Shown here in pieces: positions 1 through 9,360 of a stretch of 32,000 nt of DNA (positions within the stretch are counted from its first letter, which is position 1; every line of letters begins with the position of its first letter). Location: the NCBI GenBank assembly GCA_902477075.1, contig CABSFU010000002.1, positions 53,796 through 85,795 on the forward strand, written 5' to 3'. The position numbers and the translations under genes were made by a program. The notes beneath the pieces were generated by a model that had not been told where the DNA came from, did no database searches, and saw only the letters and a list, made by a program, of their open reading frames with translations. Source of the stretch: an uncultured Bacillales bacterium. Its GTDB lineage: Bacteria; Bacillota_I; Bacilli_A; RF39; UBA660.

Positions 1-702
1 ACAAAAACAACAGAAACCTATGAAAATTTAATCCATACAGTAGAAAATATGAAGCAAAATATGCCAACAGAAATTGATACCATCAAAGAAGCAATTCAAA
101 AAATCAAAACAGCGATTGCTTCGTTAGTAGATGTGACTCTTTTAAGATTAGAATTATCTTCTAATCAAGATATTTATTATTTAAATGACTCCATTCAATC
201 ATTTACCGTAACTGCTGTATACAATGATACAACTAGAAATAAAGTATTAACATCAAACGATTATCAAATGAAATCATCTTTTGATTCTAAAACAACAGGT
301 AAAAAACAAATTACTTATGAATATCAAGGTAAAGAGGTTATTTACTATTATCAAGTAAATTATACAGAACAACAATTGAAAAACAAAACGAATTCTATTT
401 CTGCTTCTTTAAAAGAAAAATGTCATAAAAAGAAATGTGAGTACAAAATAGAATTTACTTCTTTAACAGATGATATTTCTGTTAAAGCAATCCAAATTAC
501 AAAAGATGGAAAAATACAAAAAAATATCTATTTTACAAAAGTAACAAATACGATTTTATTCATTAATAAAGAAGAGTATCAATCATTAAAAAACAATAAT
601 ACTGTGTTCGCCAATAAAAAAATAGAAATTACTTATCAAATAGGACACCAAGAAGTAACCGTTTCTTATTATGAAACATTTAATAAACTTCATAAAATGT
701 AA
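1..702 (+). CDS. Hypothetical protein, 5' end outside window
   Basis: ORF 49..702; the same frame has no stop from base 1 to 48, so the true start is upstream. Beta-rich repeated pattern (..TVTAVYND.., ..ITYEYQGKEV..) is reminiscent of bacterial Ig-like surface repeats. No catalytic motif recognised. Confidence 0.5.
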   Translation, partial: TKTTETYENLIHTVENMKQNMPTEIDTIKEAIQKIKTAIASLVDVTLLRLELSSNQDIYYLNDSIQSFTVTAVYNDTTRNKVLTSNDYQMKSSFDSKTTGKKQITYEYQGKEVIYYYQVNYTEQQLKNKTNSISASLKEKCHKKKCEYKIEFTSLTDDISVKAIQITKDGKIQKNIYFTKVTNTILFINKEEYQSLKNNNTVFANKKIEITYQIGHQEVTVSYYETFNKLHKM

Positions 703-712
703 ATATTTGTAA

Positions 713-745
713 AAATATCAAGTGAAATTCTTGATATTTTTTTTA
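713..745 (+). terminator. Rho-independent terminator
   Basis: AAATATCAAG (713-722) pairs with CTTGATATTT (730-739), followed by a T-run. Confidence 0.7.
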
Positions 746-776
746 ATATTCTTTAGACTATAATTAGGTGATAAAA

Positions 777-1169
777 ATGGCATATATAAAATATAAAGAA
801 TTAACAAAGTATTTTAATTTTAATAAAGAAATTAGTAGTAATCAATTGCCATCTTATGTAACAGATTATTTAAAAAAAGAAGAAAAAATTTATAAAGTGT
901 TTAAAACAGCTAGAGATAAAGGTGTTTTTACTAATGAAAGAATGGTTTTATTTGATGTAAATCCACTTTCTAATAGTAAAAAGATTCATATTATTCCATA
1001 TTCTTCTATTTCTAGTGGCGCTATTTTGTTTAAAAGAAGGGCAGGATCTATTTTCCTATCCTTTGATAGTGGTTATCAATTGAAATTAAATTTTGTTCAT
1101 TTAAACCCAAGTGAAAAAACAGAATTAAGAAAATTATTTACTTATATGCTGGAAAAATCCAATAAATAA
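777..1169 (+). CDS. Bacterial PH-domain (YokE-like) protein
   Basis: ATG at 777 preceded by AGGTGA. Pattern KVFKTARDKGVFTNERMVLFDV...IPYSSIS resembles bPH/YokE-like family from memory. The ORF track starts at GTG 768. Confidence 0.55.
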   Translation: MAYIKYKELTKYFNFNKEISSNQLPSYVTDYLKKEEKIYKVFKTARDKGVFTNERMVLFDVNPLSNSKKIHIIPYSSISSGAILFKRRAGSIFLSFDSGYQLKLNFVHLNPSEKTELRKLFTYMLEKSNK

Positions 1170-1191
1170 AAAATTTGAGCTGATTTATGAG

Positions 1192-1220
1192 AAATGATAT
1201 TTCCGTATATCATTTTTTTT
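1192..1220 (+). terminator. Rho-independent terminator
   Basis: AAATGATAT (1192-1200) / ATATCATTT (1207-1215), 9-bp stem, followed by T-run. Confidence 0.7.
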
Positions 1221-1228
1221 GATATAAT
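1220..1228 (+). promoter_or_regulatory. Extended -10 promoter element (TGaTATAAT) upstream of rlmN
   Basis: Exact TG-n-TATAAT match 16 nt upstream of the rlmN ATG. No clear -35. Confidence 0.4.
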
Positions 1229-1243
1229 GGATTTGGTGAATAT

Positions 1244-2269
1244 ATGAGAAATATTTATGGAATTTCATTAGAAGAACTAGAACAATATTTTGTAGAGTTA
1301 GGATATCAAAAATTTAAGGCAACACAAGTTTTTGAATGGCTTTATAAAAAAAGAGTGTCTTCTTTTGAAGAAATGTCGAATATAAAAAAAGAACAAATAG
1401 AAAAATTAAAACAAGATTTTAATTTTGATCATATAAAAATAGTAGATAAAAAAGAAGGAAAAGATGTCATTAAATATTTATTCAAGTTGCAAGATGGACG
1501 TTATGTAGAAGCTGTTTTAATGAGGCATGATTATGGCAATAGCATTTGTGTATCTAGTCAAGTAGGTTGTAATATGAGTTGTGCTTTTTGTGAAAGTGGA
1601 AGGTTAAAAAAAGTAAGAAATTTACAAACGGAAGAAATGGTTTTACAAATTTTGAATGTTGAAAAAGATTGTAAAATGAGAATTACTCATGTTGTAATTA
1701 TGGGAATTGGTGAACCATTTGACAATTATGATAACGTTATGAAATTTATCGATATTATTAATTCTGGAAAAGGAATCGATATAGGAGCTAGACATATTAC
1801 GGTATCTACTTGTGGCGTTGTACCTAAAATAAAAGAATTTATGAATCATGGTAAACAAATTAATTTGGCGATTTCTTTACATGCACCTAATAATCAAATT
1901 AGAAATCAATTAATGCCAATTAATAAAGCTTATCCTTTAGAAGTATTAATGCCAACTTTAAAAGAATATATTAAAAAAACAAATAGAAGGTTAACATTTG
2001 AATATATTTTATTAGAAGGAGTCAATGATACAAAGGAGTGTGCTTTAGAATTAGCCCATTTAGTAAAAGGAATGAATGCTTATGTTAATTTAATTCCTTA
2101 TAATGAAACAAGTCATATCGAATTTAAAAGAAGTAAAGAAGCACAAATTATGGCATTTTATGATATACTAAAGAAAAATAAAATAGCGGTGACCATTCGT
2201 AGAGAATTTGGTGGTACAGTAGATGCCGCTTGTGGACAACTTAGAAGTAAATATGAAGGAGGTAAATAA
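1244..2269 (+). CDS. rlmN: 23S rRNA/tRNA adenine-C2 methyltransferase RlmN (radical SAM)
   Basis: CNMSCAFC radical-SAM cluster motif, C-terminal ...DAACGQL motif, typical length 341 aa, and conserved position upstream of the phosphatase/kinase pair. Confidence 0.9.
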   Translation: MRNIYGISLEELEQYFVELGYQKFKATQVFEWLYKKRVSSFEEMSNIKKEQIEKLKQDFNFDHIKIVDKKEGKDVIKYLFKLQDGRYVEAVLMRHDYGNSICVSSQVGCNMSCAFCESGRLKKVRNLQTEEMVLQILNVEKDCKMRITHVVIMGIGEPFDNYDNVMKFIDIINSGKGIDIGARHITVSTCGVVPKIKEFMNHGKQINLAISLHAPNNQIRNQLMPINKAYPLEVLMPTLKEYIKKTNRRLTFEYILLEGVNDTKECALELAHLVKGMNAYVNLIPYNETSHIEFKRSKEAQIMAFYDILKKNKIAVTIRREFGGTVDAACGQLRSKYEGGK

Positions 2270-2271
2270 AA

Positions 2272-3012
2272 ATGGAATATTATTATTTAACCGATAAAGG
2301 AAAAGTAAGGGATCACAATGAAGATAGTGTTGTGATTGTTGAAAATTTTAATAAAGAAATTCTTCTTGCAGTAGCGGATGGTATGGGTGGCCATAATGCT
2401 GGAGAAATTGCTTCCTCAATCGCTATTACTCATTTAGGAAAACGTTTCAAAGAGGTCGCTTCGATTGGAGATAAAGAAGATGCTATTAGATGGCTACAAG
2501 AAACTGTAAGTGAAATTAATATTTTAATTTATAAATACACAGAAGAACATCCAGAAAGTACAGGAATGGGAACGACATTAGTAACAGCGGTGTTAACAAA
2601 AAATTTTTTATTAATTGGAAATATTGGTGATTCTAGTGGCTTTGTTTTAAAAAATAAAAAATTACATAAAATTACAACGGATCATACATTAGTGAATCTT
2701 TTAGTAAAATCGGGTGAGTTGACGGAAGAAGAAGCTAAAGATCATCCCAAAAAAAATGTTTTGATGAAAGCTTTAGGAGCTATTAGTAATGTAGAAATGG
2801 ATATTTTTGATGTAGAAAAAGATGTAGATGGTATTTTTCTATGTAGTGATGGTGTAACAAACATGTTAGAACCAGATATTATTGAAAAGGTTTTAAATGA
2901 TAAACATAGTGTCGAAGAAAAAGTAAATAAAGTAATTTTTAAATGTAATAATCGTGGTGGTAATGATAATATATCAGTTGCCTATTTGGAAATGAAAGGT
3001 GCTGTTGAATGA
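2272..3012 (+). CDS. prpC: PP2C-family Ser/Thr protein phosphatase (Stp/PrpC)
   Basis: RDHNEDS and ADGMGGH motifs, DGV..., NDNIS near C-terminus. Overlaps the downstream kinase gene. Confidence 0.9.
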   Translation: MEYYYLTDKGKVRDHNEDSVVIVENFNKEILLAVADGMGGHNAGEIASSIAITHLGKRFKEVASIGDKEDAIRWLQETVSEINILIYKYTEEHPESTGMGTTLVTAVLTKNFLLIGNIGDSSGFVLKNKKLHKITTDHTLVNLLVKSGELTEEEAKDHPKKNVLMKALGAISNVEMDIFDVEKDVDGIFLCSDGVTNMLEPDIIEKVLNDKHSVEEKVNKVIFKCNNRGGNDNISVAYLEMKGAVE

Positions 3013-4811
3013 TGATAATGAAGGGTCAAAAAATAAATGATAGATATCAAATTATAAGAACAATTGGAGAAGGTGGAATGGCAAATGTTTATTTAGCTTA
3101 TGATACCATTTTAGATCGAAACGTTGCTGTTAAAATTTTAAGAGGCGATTTAGCGGAAGATGAAAAGTTTGTAAGAAAATTTCAAAGAGAAGCCATTTCT
3201 GCTAGTTCTTTAACACATCCAAATATTGTAGAAATGTATGATGTCGGAGAAGATGATGGCAGATACTTTATAGTGATGGAATATGTAGAAGGTGTTACTT
3301 TAAAAAGCTTAATCAAAAGAAGAGGAGCCTTAACATTATCAGAAGTAATTGATATTATGCTTCAATTAACTAGTGCTATTGCTTGTGCCCATGATAGTTA
3401 TATTATTCATAGAGATATTAAACCTCAAAATGTTTTGATATTAGATGATGGTAGAGTTAAAATTACAGATTTTGGTATTGCTATGGCACTGAATAGTAAT
3501 GAATTAACACAAACAAATTCTGTTATGGGATCTGTTCATTATTTACCACCGGAACAAGCCAATGGAACCGGTGCAACGGTAAAAAGTGATATTTATTCAC
3601 TAGGTATTTTAATGTTTGAATTGGTGACAGGTACTTTACCTTTTAAAGGAGATAATGCAGTAGAAATTGCCATTAAACAGATGAAAGAACCGATTCCATC
3701 AGTTAGAGAAATTAATCCAAATATTCCTCAAAGTGTTGAAAATATTATTTTAAAAGCATCTGCTAAAAATCCAAAAAATCGTTATGAAAGTGCTAGAGCT
3801 ATGTATGATGATTTAACGACTTGTTTAGATGCTAGTAGGGCAAATGAAGCAAGATATAGTTATCCATATCCTGAATTTGAAGAAGAAAAGAAACCAGTCA
3901 AAGTATCTAGAGAACAATTACAAGAAGAAAAGAAAAAAGAATTAAAAGAAGAAAAAGTGGACAAAAAAACAAATGTTGCCTTGATTGTAACGTTATCTAT
4001 TGCAGCTATTATTATTTTGGCTTTAAGTATTTATTTCTTCTTAGTTCCTAAGTTTAGAAAAGAACCAGATATTACAATTCCAGATGTTACCAATATGACA
4101 GTTGTAAATGCGGAAAGTACTTTAAAAAATGCTGGATTTTCAGTAGCGACAGATATTACGTATGAATATAACAATTCCATACCAGAAAATATGGTTATTG
4201 GTACGACACCAGAAATTGGAAGAAGTGTAAAAAAAGATAATGTGATTACCCTTATTGTATCAAAGGGAATTGATGGAATTACTTTAGAAAATTATGTAGA
4301 TAAAAAAATAGATAATATAAAATCTACTTTAGAAAATGCTGGTATTAACGTAATTGTGGATTATGAAGAGTATGCTGAAAAAGATAATAAAGAAGAAGGA
4401 CTTATATTGTCACAAGATACAGAAGCTGGAACCATCATGAAAAAAGGCGAAACAATTGTGTTTAAAGTTGTAAAATTAATGACAACTTATCCAGACTTTG
4501 TTTCTGAAGATTATTCAGTAGATGGGGTTCAAAAGTTCTGTGATGAAAAAGGAATTACATTAGAAATTACTTATCAAGAAACAAGTTCTAAACCAGCAGG
4601 TTCTATTCTTTCTCAAAGTAGGGCAGCTGGAACAAAAGTGGTAAGTGGTGTTAATTTAAGAATTGTGGTAGCAAAAGAACCTGTTAAAACTACACCAACT
4701 ACACCAACAGACACCAATACCAAAACAGATGATAAAACAGATACAAAATCAGATAGTAAAACAGATACAAAGACAGACACTAAAACGGAAACGAAAACAG
4801 GAACAGAGTAA
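3009..4811 (+). CDS. prkC: Ser/Thr protein kinase with PASTA repeats (PrkC/PknB type)
   Basis: Kinase motifs GEGGMA..VAVK, HRDIKPQN, DFG; one TM segment (VALIVTLSIAAIIILALSIYFFLV); three PASTA-like repeats after the TM. Confidence 0.9.
   Translation: MMIMKGQKINDRYQIIRTIGEGGMANVYLAYDTILDRNVAVKILRGDLAEDEKFVRKFQREAISASSLTHPNIVEMYDVGEDDGRYFIVMEYVEGVTLKSLIKRRGALTLSEVIDIMLQLTSAIACAHDSYIIHRDIKPQNVLILDDGRVKITDFGIAMALNSNELTQTNSVMGSVHYLPPEQANGTGATVKSDIYSLGILMFELVTGTLPFKGDNAVEIAIKQMKEPIPSVREINPNIPQSVENIILKASAKNPKNRYESARAMYDDLTTCLDASRANEARYSYPYPEFEEEKKPVKVSREQLQEEKKKELKEEKVDKKTNVALIVTLSIAAIIILALSIYFFLVPKFRKEPDITIPDVTNMTVVNAESTLKNAGFSVATDITYEYNNSIPENMVIGTTPEIGRSVKKDNVITLIVSKGIDGITLENYVDKKIDNIKSTLENAGINVIVDYEEYAEKDNKEEGLILSQDTEAGTIMKKGETIVFKVVKLMTTYPDFVSEDYSVDGVQKFCDEKGITLEITYQETSSKPAGSILSQSRAAGTKVVSGVNLRIVVAKEPVKTTPTTPTDTNTKTDDKTDTKSDSKTDTKTDTKTETKTGTE
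4722..4805 (+). repeat. In-frame tandem 12-nt repeat (about 7 copies) encoding a K-T-D-T tail of PrkC
   Basis: aaaacagatgat/aaaacagataca/aaatcagatagt/aaaacagataca/aagacagacact/aaaacggaaacg/aaaacaggaaca, translating to KTDDKTDTKSDSKTDTKTDTKTETKTGT. Confidence 0.75.
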
Positions 4812-5635
4812 TGCAAGGAAAAATAATTAAGATTGTTAGTAATGACTATACCGTGCTAGCAAATACTCAAAAATATACTTGTAAGAGTAGAGGAAAATTT
4901 AGAAATTTAAAAATAACTCCTCTTGTAGGAGATAATGTCATTTTTGACGAAAAGAATTTGTATATCATGGAGATATTACCTAGAAAAACGGAATTGCTTA
5001 GACCACCTGTTGCGAATATTGAGCAAGCATTGATTGTAACTAGCGTTAAAAACCCTAATTTAGATACTAATTTATTAGACAAATTAATTGCTATCATTGA
5101 ATTTCATCATGTGGTACCTATTCTTTGTTTTACTAAATTGGATTTATTAGACAATGAAGAAATTGAAGAAACAATGGCTTATTATAGAAAAATAGGATAT
5201 ACTGTACTTAAAAATACAGAAATTGATACTATTAGAAAAATGTTTGAACATAAGATTACAGTATTTACAGGGCAGAGTGGAGCAGGAAAATCTACTTTAA
5301 TGAATCATGTTGATCCTAGTTTGAAAATAGAAACAAATGAGATATCTCTTGCTCTAGGTAGAGGAAAGCATACAACTAGACATGTGGAATTGCTTCCTAT
5401 TCAAAATGGTTTAGTAGCAGATACACCTGGTTTTTCTAGCTTGGACTTTTATGATATGAAACCAGCTGATATTAGAGATAATTTTATTGAATTTAATGAG
5501 TATAGAGAATTTTGTAAATACAGAGATTGTATGCATAATAAAGAAGATGAATGTGAAGTTAAGAAAAAAGTAGAAGATGGTACTATCTTAAAAAGTCGTT
5601 ATGAAAATTATCTTCATTTTATAGAAAAAAGGTGA
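4811..5635 (+). CDS. rsgA: Ribosome small-subunit-dependent GTPase A
   Basis: GQSGAGKSTL P-loop, circularly permuted GTPase order (TKLDL before the P-loop), C-terminal Cys/His zinc cluster (C..RDCMH..EDEC). Confidence 0.9.
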   Translation: MQGKIIKIVSNDYTVLANTQKYTCKSRGKFRNLKITPLVGDNVIFDEKNLYIMEILPRKTELLRPPVANIEQALIVTSVKNPNLDTNLLDKLIAIIEFHHVVPILCFTKLDLLDNEEIEETMAYYRKIGYTVLKNTEIDTIRKMFEHKITVFTGQSGAGKSTLMNHVDPSLKIETNEISLALGRGKHTTRHVELLPIQNGLVADTPGFSSLDFYDMKPADIRDNFIEFNEYREFCKYRDCMHNKEDECEVKKKVEDGTILKSRYENYLHFIEKR

Positions 5636-5638
5636 TTT

Positions 5639-6253
5639 ATGAAAATAGCAACATCCATTTTAAATATGAAAAAAGATTCAGAACATTTTAACCGATTAAA
5701 CCATACGACAACTGATTTCATTCATTTGGATATTATGGATGGAAACTTTGTTTGCAATCAAAGTGATATGTTTGATTTTGTAAATAACAATATAGTAGAA
5801 AAACCATTGGATATTCATCTAATGGTTCAAAATCCTATTCCTTATATAGAAAAATATAGTCAGTTAAATCCAAACAATATTACTGTTCATTATGAAGCAG
5901 ATTGTTTACTAGAATCTCTTCATTCTATAAAAGAAAAAAATATCAAAGTTGGTTTAGCAATCAATCCAAAAACAGATGTTCATCAAATAGCAGAATGTTT
6001 GGATAAAATAGATTTACTTTTAATTATGAGTGTAGAACCTGGATTAGGTGGTCAATCTTATATAGATGTTTCTAATAAATTAAAAGAGGCAAGAAATTTA
6101 CAAAAAAAATACTCATTTGTAATTGAAGTAGATGGTGGAATTAAAGATAACAATATAGCTTCTATTGATGCTGATATTGCAGTAGTAGGAAGTTTTATTA
6201 CTTCTAAAGAAGATTTTCAAAAACAAATAGATGAATTAAAGAAACAACTTTAA
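5639..6253 (+). CDS. rpe: Ribulose-phosphate 3-epimerase
   Basis: SIL...HLDIMDGNFV and MSVEPGLGGQ motifs; conserved position after rsgA. Confidence 0.85.
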   Translation: MKIATSILNMKKDSEHFNRLNHTTTDFIHLDIMDGNFVCNQSDMFDFVNNNIVEKPLDIHLMVQNPIPYIEKYSQLNPNNITVHYEADCLLESLHSIKEKNIKVGLAINPKTDVHQIAECLDKIDLLLIMSVEPGLGGQSYIDVSNKLKEARNLQKKYSFVIEVDGGIKDNNIASIDADIAVVGSFITSKEDFQKQIDELKKQL

Positions 6254-6261
6254 TTCTAAAT

Positions 6262-6335
6262 GCCGATTTAGTTTAGCGGTAAAACAGGCCCTTGGTAAGG
6301 GTCAGAGGACATTTCGACTATGTCATTCGGCACCA
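6262..6335 (+). tRNA. tRNA-Thr (anticodon GGU), CCA encoded
   Basis: Hand-folded cloverleaf. Acceptor GCCGATT/ATTCGGC (one U-U mismatch), D stem GTTT/AAAC, anticodon stem GGCCC/GGGTC with loop TTGGTAA, T arm GACAT-TTCGACT-ATGTC, then ACCA. Confidence 0.8.
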
Positions 6336-6346
6336 TATAGAATTTA

Positions 6347-6369
6347 AATGACATTAGAGTCATTTTTTT
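6347..6369 (+). terminator. Rho-independent terminator after tRNA-Thr
   Basis: AATGAC (6347-6352) / GTCATT (6359-6364) followed by T-run. Confidence 0.6.
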
Positions 6370-6404
6370 AGTGAAAAAATAAAACATTAATTTTTGAAAA
6401 TGAC

Positions 6405-6434
6405 TTGTCAATTAAAAGGAATTAATAGTATAAT
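6405..6434 (+). promoter_or_regulatory. Sigma-A-like promoter for the tRNA-Gln/gltX unit
   Basis: TTGTCA (6405-6410), 18-nt spacer, TATAAT (6429-6434), about 10 nt before the tRNA-Gln 5' end. Confidence 0.55.
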
Positions 6435-6444
6435 AAGTGTGCAT

Positions 6445-6519
6445 TGCCCAGTCGCCAAGCGGTAAGGCATCGGACTCTGACTCCGACATTCATAGGTTCG
6501 AATCCTATCTGGGCAGCCA
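6445..6519 (+). tRNA. tRNA-Gln (anticodon CUG), CCA encoded
   Basis: Acceptor TGCCCAG/CTGGGCA, D region GCCAAGCGGTAAGGC, anticodon stem TCGGA/TCCGA with loop CTCTGAC, T arm ATAGG-TTCGAAT-CCTAT, then GCCA. Close to Bacillus-type tRNA-Gln from memory. Confidence 0.85.
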
Positions 6520-6541
6520 TAATTTTTGGAAGAGTGATAAT

Positions 6542-8179
6542 ATGACAAATAAAGAATATGCAGAAATGTTACTTCCTAATGTAGAACATGATGCAGAATA
6601 TTATGAAAATTTATATAAACCAAGAAATCTGGATGAGAAATGTGTAGTAACAAGATTTGCTCCAAGTCCAACCGGGTTTGTTCATATGGGTTCTTTACTA
6701 GCCGCTTTTATTGCTTCTAAAGCAGCTCATGATACAAATGGTGTTTTTTATTTAAGAATTGAAGACACAGATCAAAAAAGAGAAGTTGAAAATGGTATCG
6801 AAGGAATTGTAGCCGATTTACAAAACTTTGATATTTCTTTTGATGAAGGCGCATTATCTAGAGAAAAAGAATTTGGAAATTATGGGCCTTACATTCAATC
6901 TAAAAGAAAAGATATCTATCAAGCATTTGCTAGAAAGTTAATAGAAGAAGATAAAGCTTATCCTTGTTTCTGTAGTACAGAGGAATTAAACGAAATTCGT
7001 TCTAAACAAGAAGAAACAAAAAGAAGAATTGGTTATTATGGAATGTCTGCTAAATGCCGTAGATTAAATAGAGAAGATGTAATTGAAAAAGTAAAAAATG
7101 GAGAGCCTTATATTATCCGATTAAAATCATCTGGTAATTTTGATAGAAAAATAAAAATAAAGGATTTAGTTAAGGGAGATATTGAATTTCCAGAAAATGA
7201 TATTGATGTTATTATTATTAAAAGTGATGGACTTCCAACTTACCACTTTGCGCATGCTGTAGATGATCATTTGATGCATACAACACATGTTATTAGAGGA
7301 GATGAATGGGTAAGTAGTTTACCAGTACATATTGATTTATTTAAAACATTAGGTTTTAAAGCCCCTAAATATGCTCATCTATCTCCTTTAATGAAAGAAG
7401 AAGATGGTAATAAAAGAAAATTATCCAAAAGAAAAGATCCGGAAGCAGCTGTAAGTTATTATTTTTCAAAAGGAATTCCTGTTGAGGCTGTAAAACTTTA
7501 CTTAATGACAATAGCGAATACTAATTTTGAAGATTGGTATAACTGTAATAAAGATAAAGGTTTAGATGATTTTAAATTTGAGTTTAATAAAATTAGTAAA
7601 AGTGGTTCTTTATTTGATATGGATAAATTATTGAATATTTCAAAGAATTACATCAGTACTTTAAAAGCAGAAGAAGTATATGAAGGTGCTTTAGAGTATG
7701 CTAAAAATTTTGATGATGAATTATATCACTTATTAAGTGAAAATAAAGAATATACTATTCAAATTTTGAGTATTGAAAGATATCAGAAAAAACCAAGAAA
7801 AGATTTCTCTATGTATAGTGATATTAAATCTGCTATTTGGTATATGTATCCAAACTTATTTGATGGATCAACTTATGATAGAAAACTAACAGATGAAGAA
7901 TTAAAAATTGTAGAAGATTATTTTAGTAATATTTATGGCATAGAAGATACAAAAGAGGAATGGTATTCTAAAATAAAAGATCTAGCAAGCAAATATGGTT
8001 ATGCAAAAGAGGTAAAAGAATATAAAGAAAATCCTCAAAATTTTAAAGGACATGTAGGCGATATTTGTGAAATTATTCGATATACAGTAACTTCTCTTAC
8101 AATGACACCAGACTTGTATGAAATTCTAAAACTTTTAGGAATAAAAGAGATTGAAAGAAGAATATCTTTGTTAAAATAA
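6542..8179 (+). CDS. gltX: Glutamate--tRNA ligase, long (about 545 aa) clostridial-type form
   Basis: Class I motifs PSPTGFVHMGS (HIGH-like) and KLSKRK (KMSKS-like). ATG 6542 is preceded by GGAAGAG. The ORF-track start 6437 runs through the tRNA-Gln gene and is rejected. Confidence 0.85.
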   Translation: MTNKEYAEMLLPNVEHDAEYYENLYKPRNLDEKCVVTRFAPSPTGFVHMGSLLAAFIASKAAHDTNGVFYLRIEDTDQKREVENGIEGIVADLQNFDISFDEGALSREKEFGNYGPYIQSKRKDIYQAFARKLIEEDKAYPCFCSTEELNEIRSKQEETKRRIGYYGMSAKCRRLNREDVIEKVKNGEPYIIRLKSSGNFDRKIKIKDLVKGDIEFPENDIDVIIIKSDGLPTYHFAHAVDDHLMHTTHVIRGDEWVSSLPVHIDLFKTLGFKAPKYAHLSPLMKEEDGNKRKLSKRKDPEAAVSYYFSKGIPVEAVKLYLMTIANTNFEDWYNCNKDKGLDDFKFEFNKISKSGSLFDMDKLLNISKNYISTLKAEEVYEGALEYAKNFDDELYHLLSENKEYTIQILSIERYQKKPRKDFSMYSDIKSAIWYMYPNLFDGSTYDRKLTDEELKIVEDYFSNIYGIEDTKEEWYSKIKDLASKYGYAKEVKEYKENPQNFKGHVGDICEIIRYTVTSLTMTPDLYEILKLLGIKEIERRISLLK

Positions 8180-8203
8180 TGGTTAGTATTTACTAGCCAA
8201 CTT

Positions 8204-8280
8204 GGTCTGTTGGTGAAGTGGCTTAACACATTGCCCTCTCAAGGCAACATTCACGGGTCCGAATCCCGTACAGATCACCA
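8204..8280 (+). tRNA. tRNA-Glu (anticodon CUC), CCA encoded, atypical T-loop
   Basis: Acceptor GGTCTGT/ACAGATC (one G-U), anticodon stem TTGCC/GGCAA with loop CTCTCAA, T arm ACGGG-TCCGAAT-CCCGT, then ACCA. T-loop reads TCCGAAT instead of the canonical TTCGAAT. Confidence 0.8.
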
Positions 8281-8291
8281 AATTGATTCAT

Positions 8292-8322
8292 ACTTGAATT
8301 ATTATATAGTTCAAGTTTTTTT
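8292..8322 (+). terminator. Rho-independent terminator after tRNA-Glu
   Basis: ACTTGAA (8292-8298) / TTCAAGT (8310-8316) followed by TTTTTT. Confidence 0.7.
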
Positions 8323-8417
8323 ATAAAATTTATATAACATTATCATGATAGTACTTTTCAAGAATGGTCAAAATGATAGAAAAATTGTTAAAACTTGATA
8401 ACAATGGCAGGTAATTC

Positions 8418-8615
8418 TTGTTTTTAAATAAAAATATGGAAGAAAATCTTATTCCAATTGAAGATATGGCAACTATATATTTAGAATATACGAAAATAGA
8501 TGGAGATAAAATGGAAAATCTTTATATTGGACTGTTAGCTTTCACAAATGAAAATGAAATTAGTATATTTCTAGCGTCTACTTTTCAAAATAGAGGATTG
8601 GGTAAAAAAATATAA
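8418..8615 (+). pseudogene. Probable remnant of a GNAT acetyltransferase gene
   Basis: 65-aa ORF ending in FQNRGLGKKI, which matches the GNAT Q/R-x-x-G-x-G/A acetyl-CoA motif. The rest of the fold is missing. Confidence 0.35.
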
Positions 8616-8723
8616 ATTATAAAAATTTAAAATATTAGAATATTTTTTAATGAAAAGAAGTAAATTATGATGCATAATTTACTTCTTATTTATTATTGTG
8701 TTAATATAAAACTAGGTGAGAAT

Positions 8724-9338
8724 ATGAAAAAGGTAATCATAATTAGTATGGTAGTGATTTTGTTCATCATTTTAATTCCAGAACATAAATATAGTAATGA
8801 AGATTTTACTATTAAAAATTATATTAGCAGTATAGATAAGGATAAAGATGCAATGGATGATCAAACAGATATTTTAAATAACGCTAAAAAATATGTGGAG
8901 ACAAAACCAAAATACAAAAGTAAATACTATAATACAGGATATCCTAATGATGGATATGGTGTTTGTACAGATGTAGTAGGATTTTCTCTAAAAGAAGCCG
9001 GATATGATTTAATGGTATTAGTAAATGAAGATGTTAAATCACATCAAGAAAGATATTCCATCACAACCATTGATAAAAATATTGATTTTAGAAGAGTAAA
9101 TAATTTAAATGTTTACTTTAAATATAATTCTATATCTTTAACATTAAATCCAAAAGAAATAGCGGAATGGCAAGGTGGAGATATTGTCGTTTTTCCAAAA
9201 CATATTGGTATTGTTTCAGATAAGAGAAATAGAAAAGGCATTAATTATGTGATTCACCATGCTAATCCATTTCAAATTTGGTATGAGGAAGATATTTTAG
9301 AAAAATATGAAATTATAGGTCATTATAGAATTAGTTAA
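8724..9338 (+). CDS. DUF1287-family protein with N-terminal membrane anchor/signal
   Basis: ATG 8724 after AGGTGAG; hydrophobic N-terminus MKKVIIISMVVILFIILI. GVCTDVV..., IDFRRVNNL and GDIVVF..HIGIVSD resemble DUF1287 from memory. Confidence 0.6.
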   Translation: MKKVIIISMVVILFIILIPEHKYSNEDFTIKNYISSIDKDKDAMDDQTDILNNAKKYVETKPKYKSKYYNTGYPNDGYGVCTDVVGFSLKEAGYDLMVLVNEDVKSHQERYSITTIDKNIDFRRVNNLNVYFKYNSISLTLNPKEIAEWQGGDIVVFPKHIGIVSDKRNRKGINYVIHHANPFQIWYEEDILEKYEIIGHYRIS

Positions 9339-9360
9339 ATAGTCATTTTATAGTCATTTT
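9339..9360 (+). promoter_or_regulatory. Perfect tandem direct repeat 2 x 11 nt (ATAGTCATTTT) over the -35 region of the ABC operon promoter
   Basis: atagtcatttt at 9339-9349 and 9350-9360; TATAAT at 9368-9373; ABC ATPase ATG at 9392. Confidence 0.45.

Noticed and set aside
6437-6541. N-terminal 35 codons of ORF-track entry 6437..8179
   Set aside because: This stretch is the tRNA-Gln gene read as protein. The real gltX start is ATG 6542, which has its own RBS.
6336-6541. T-box leader or other riboswitch upstream of gltX
   Set aside because: The space is occupied by a terminator, a promoter and the tRNA-Gln gene. Only 22 nt separate the tRNA from the gltX ATG, and no specifier or T-box sequence is visible.
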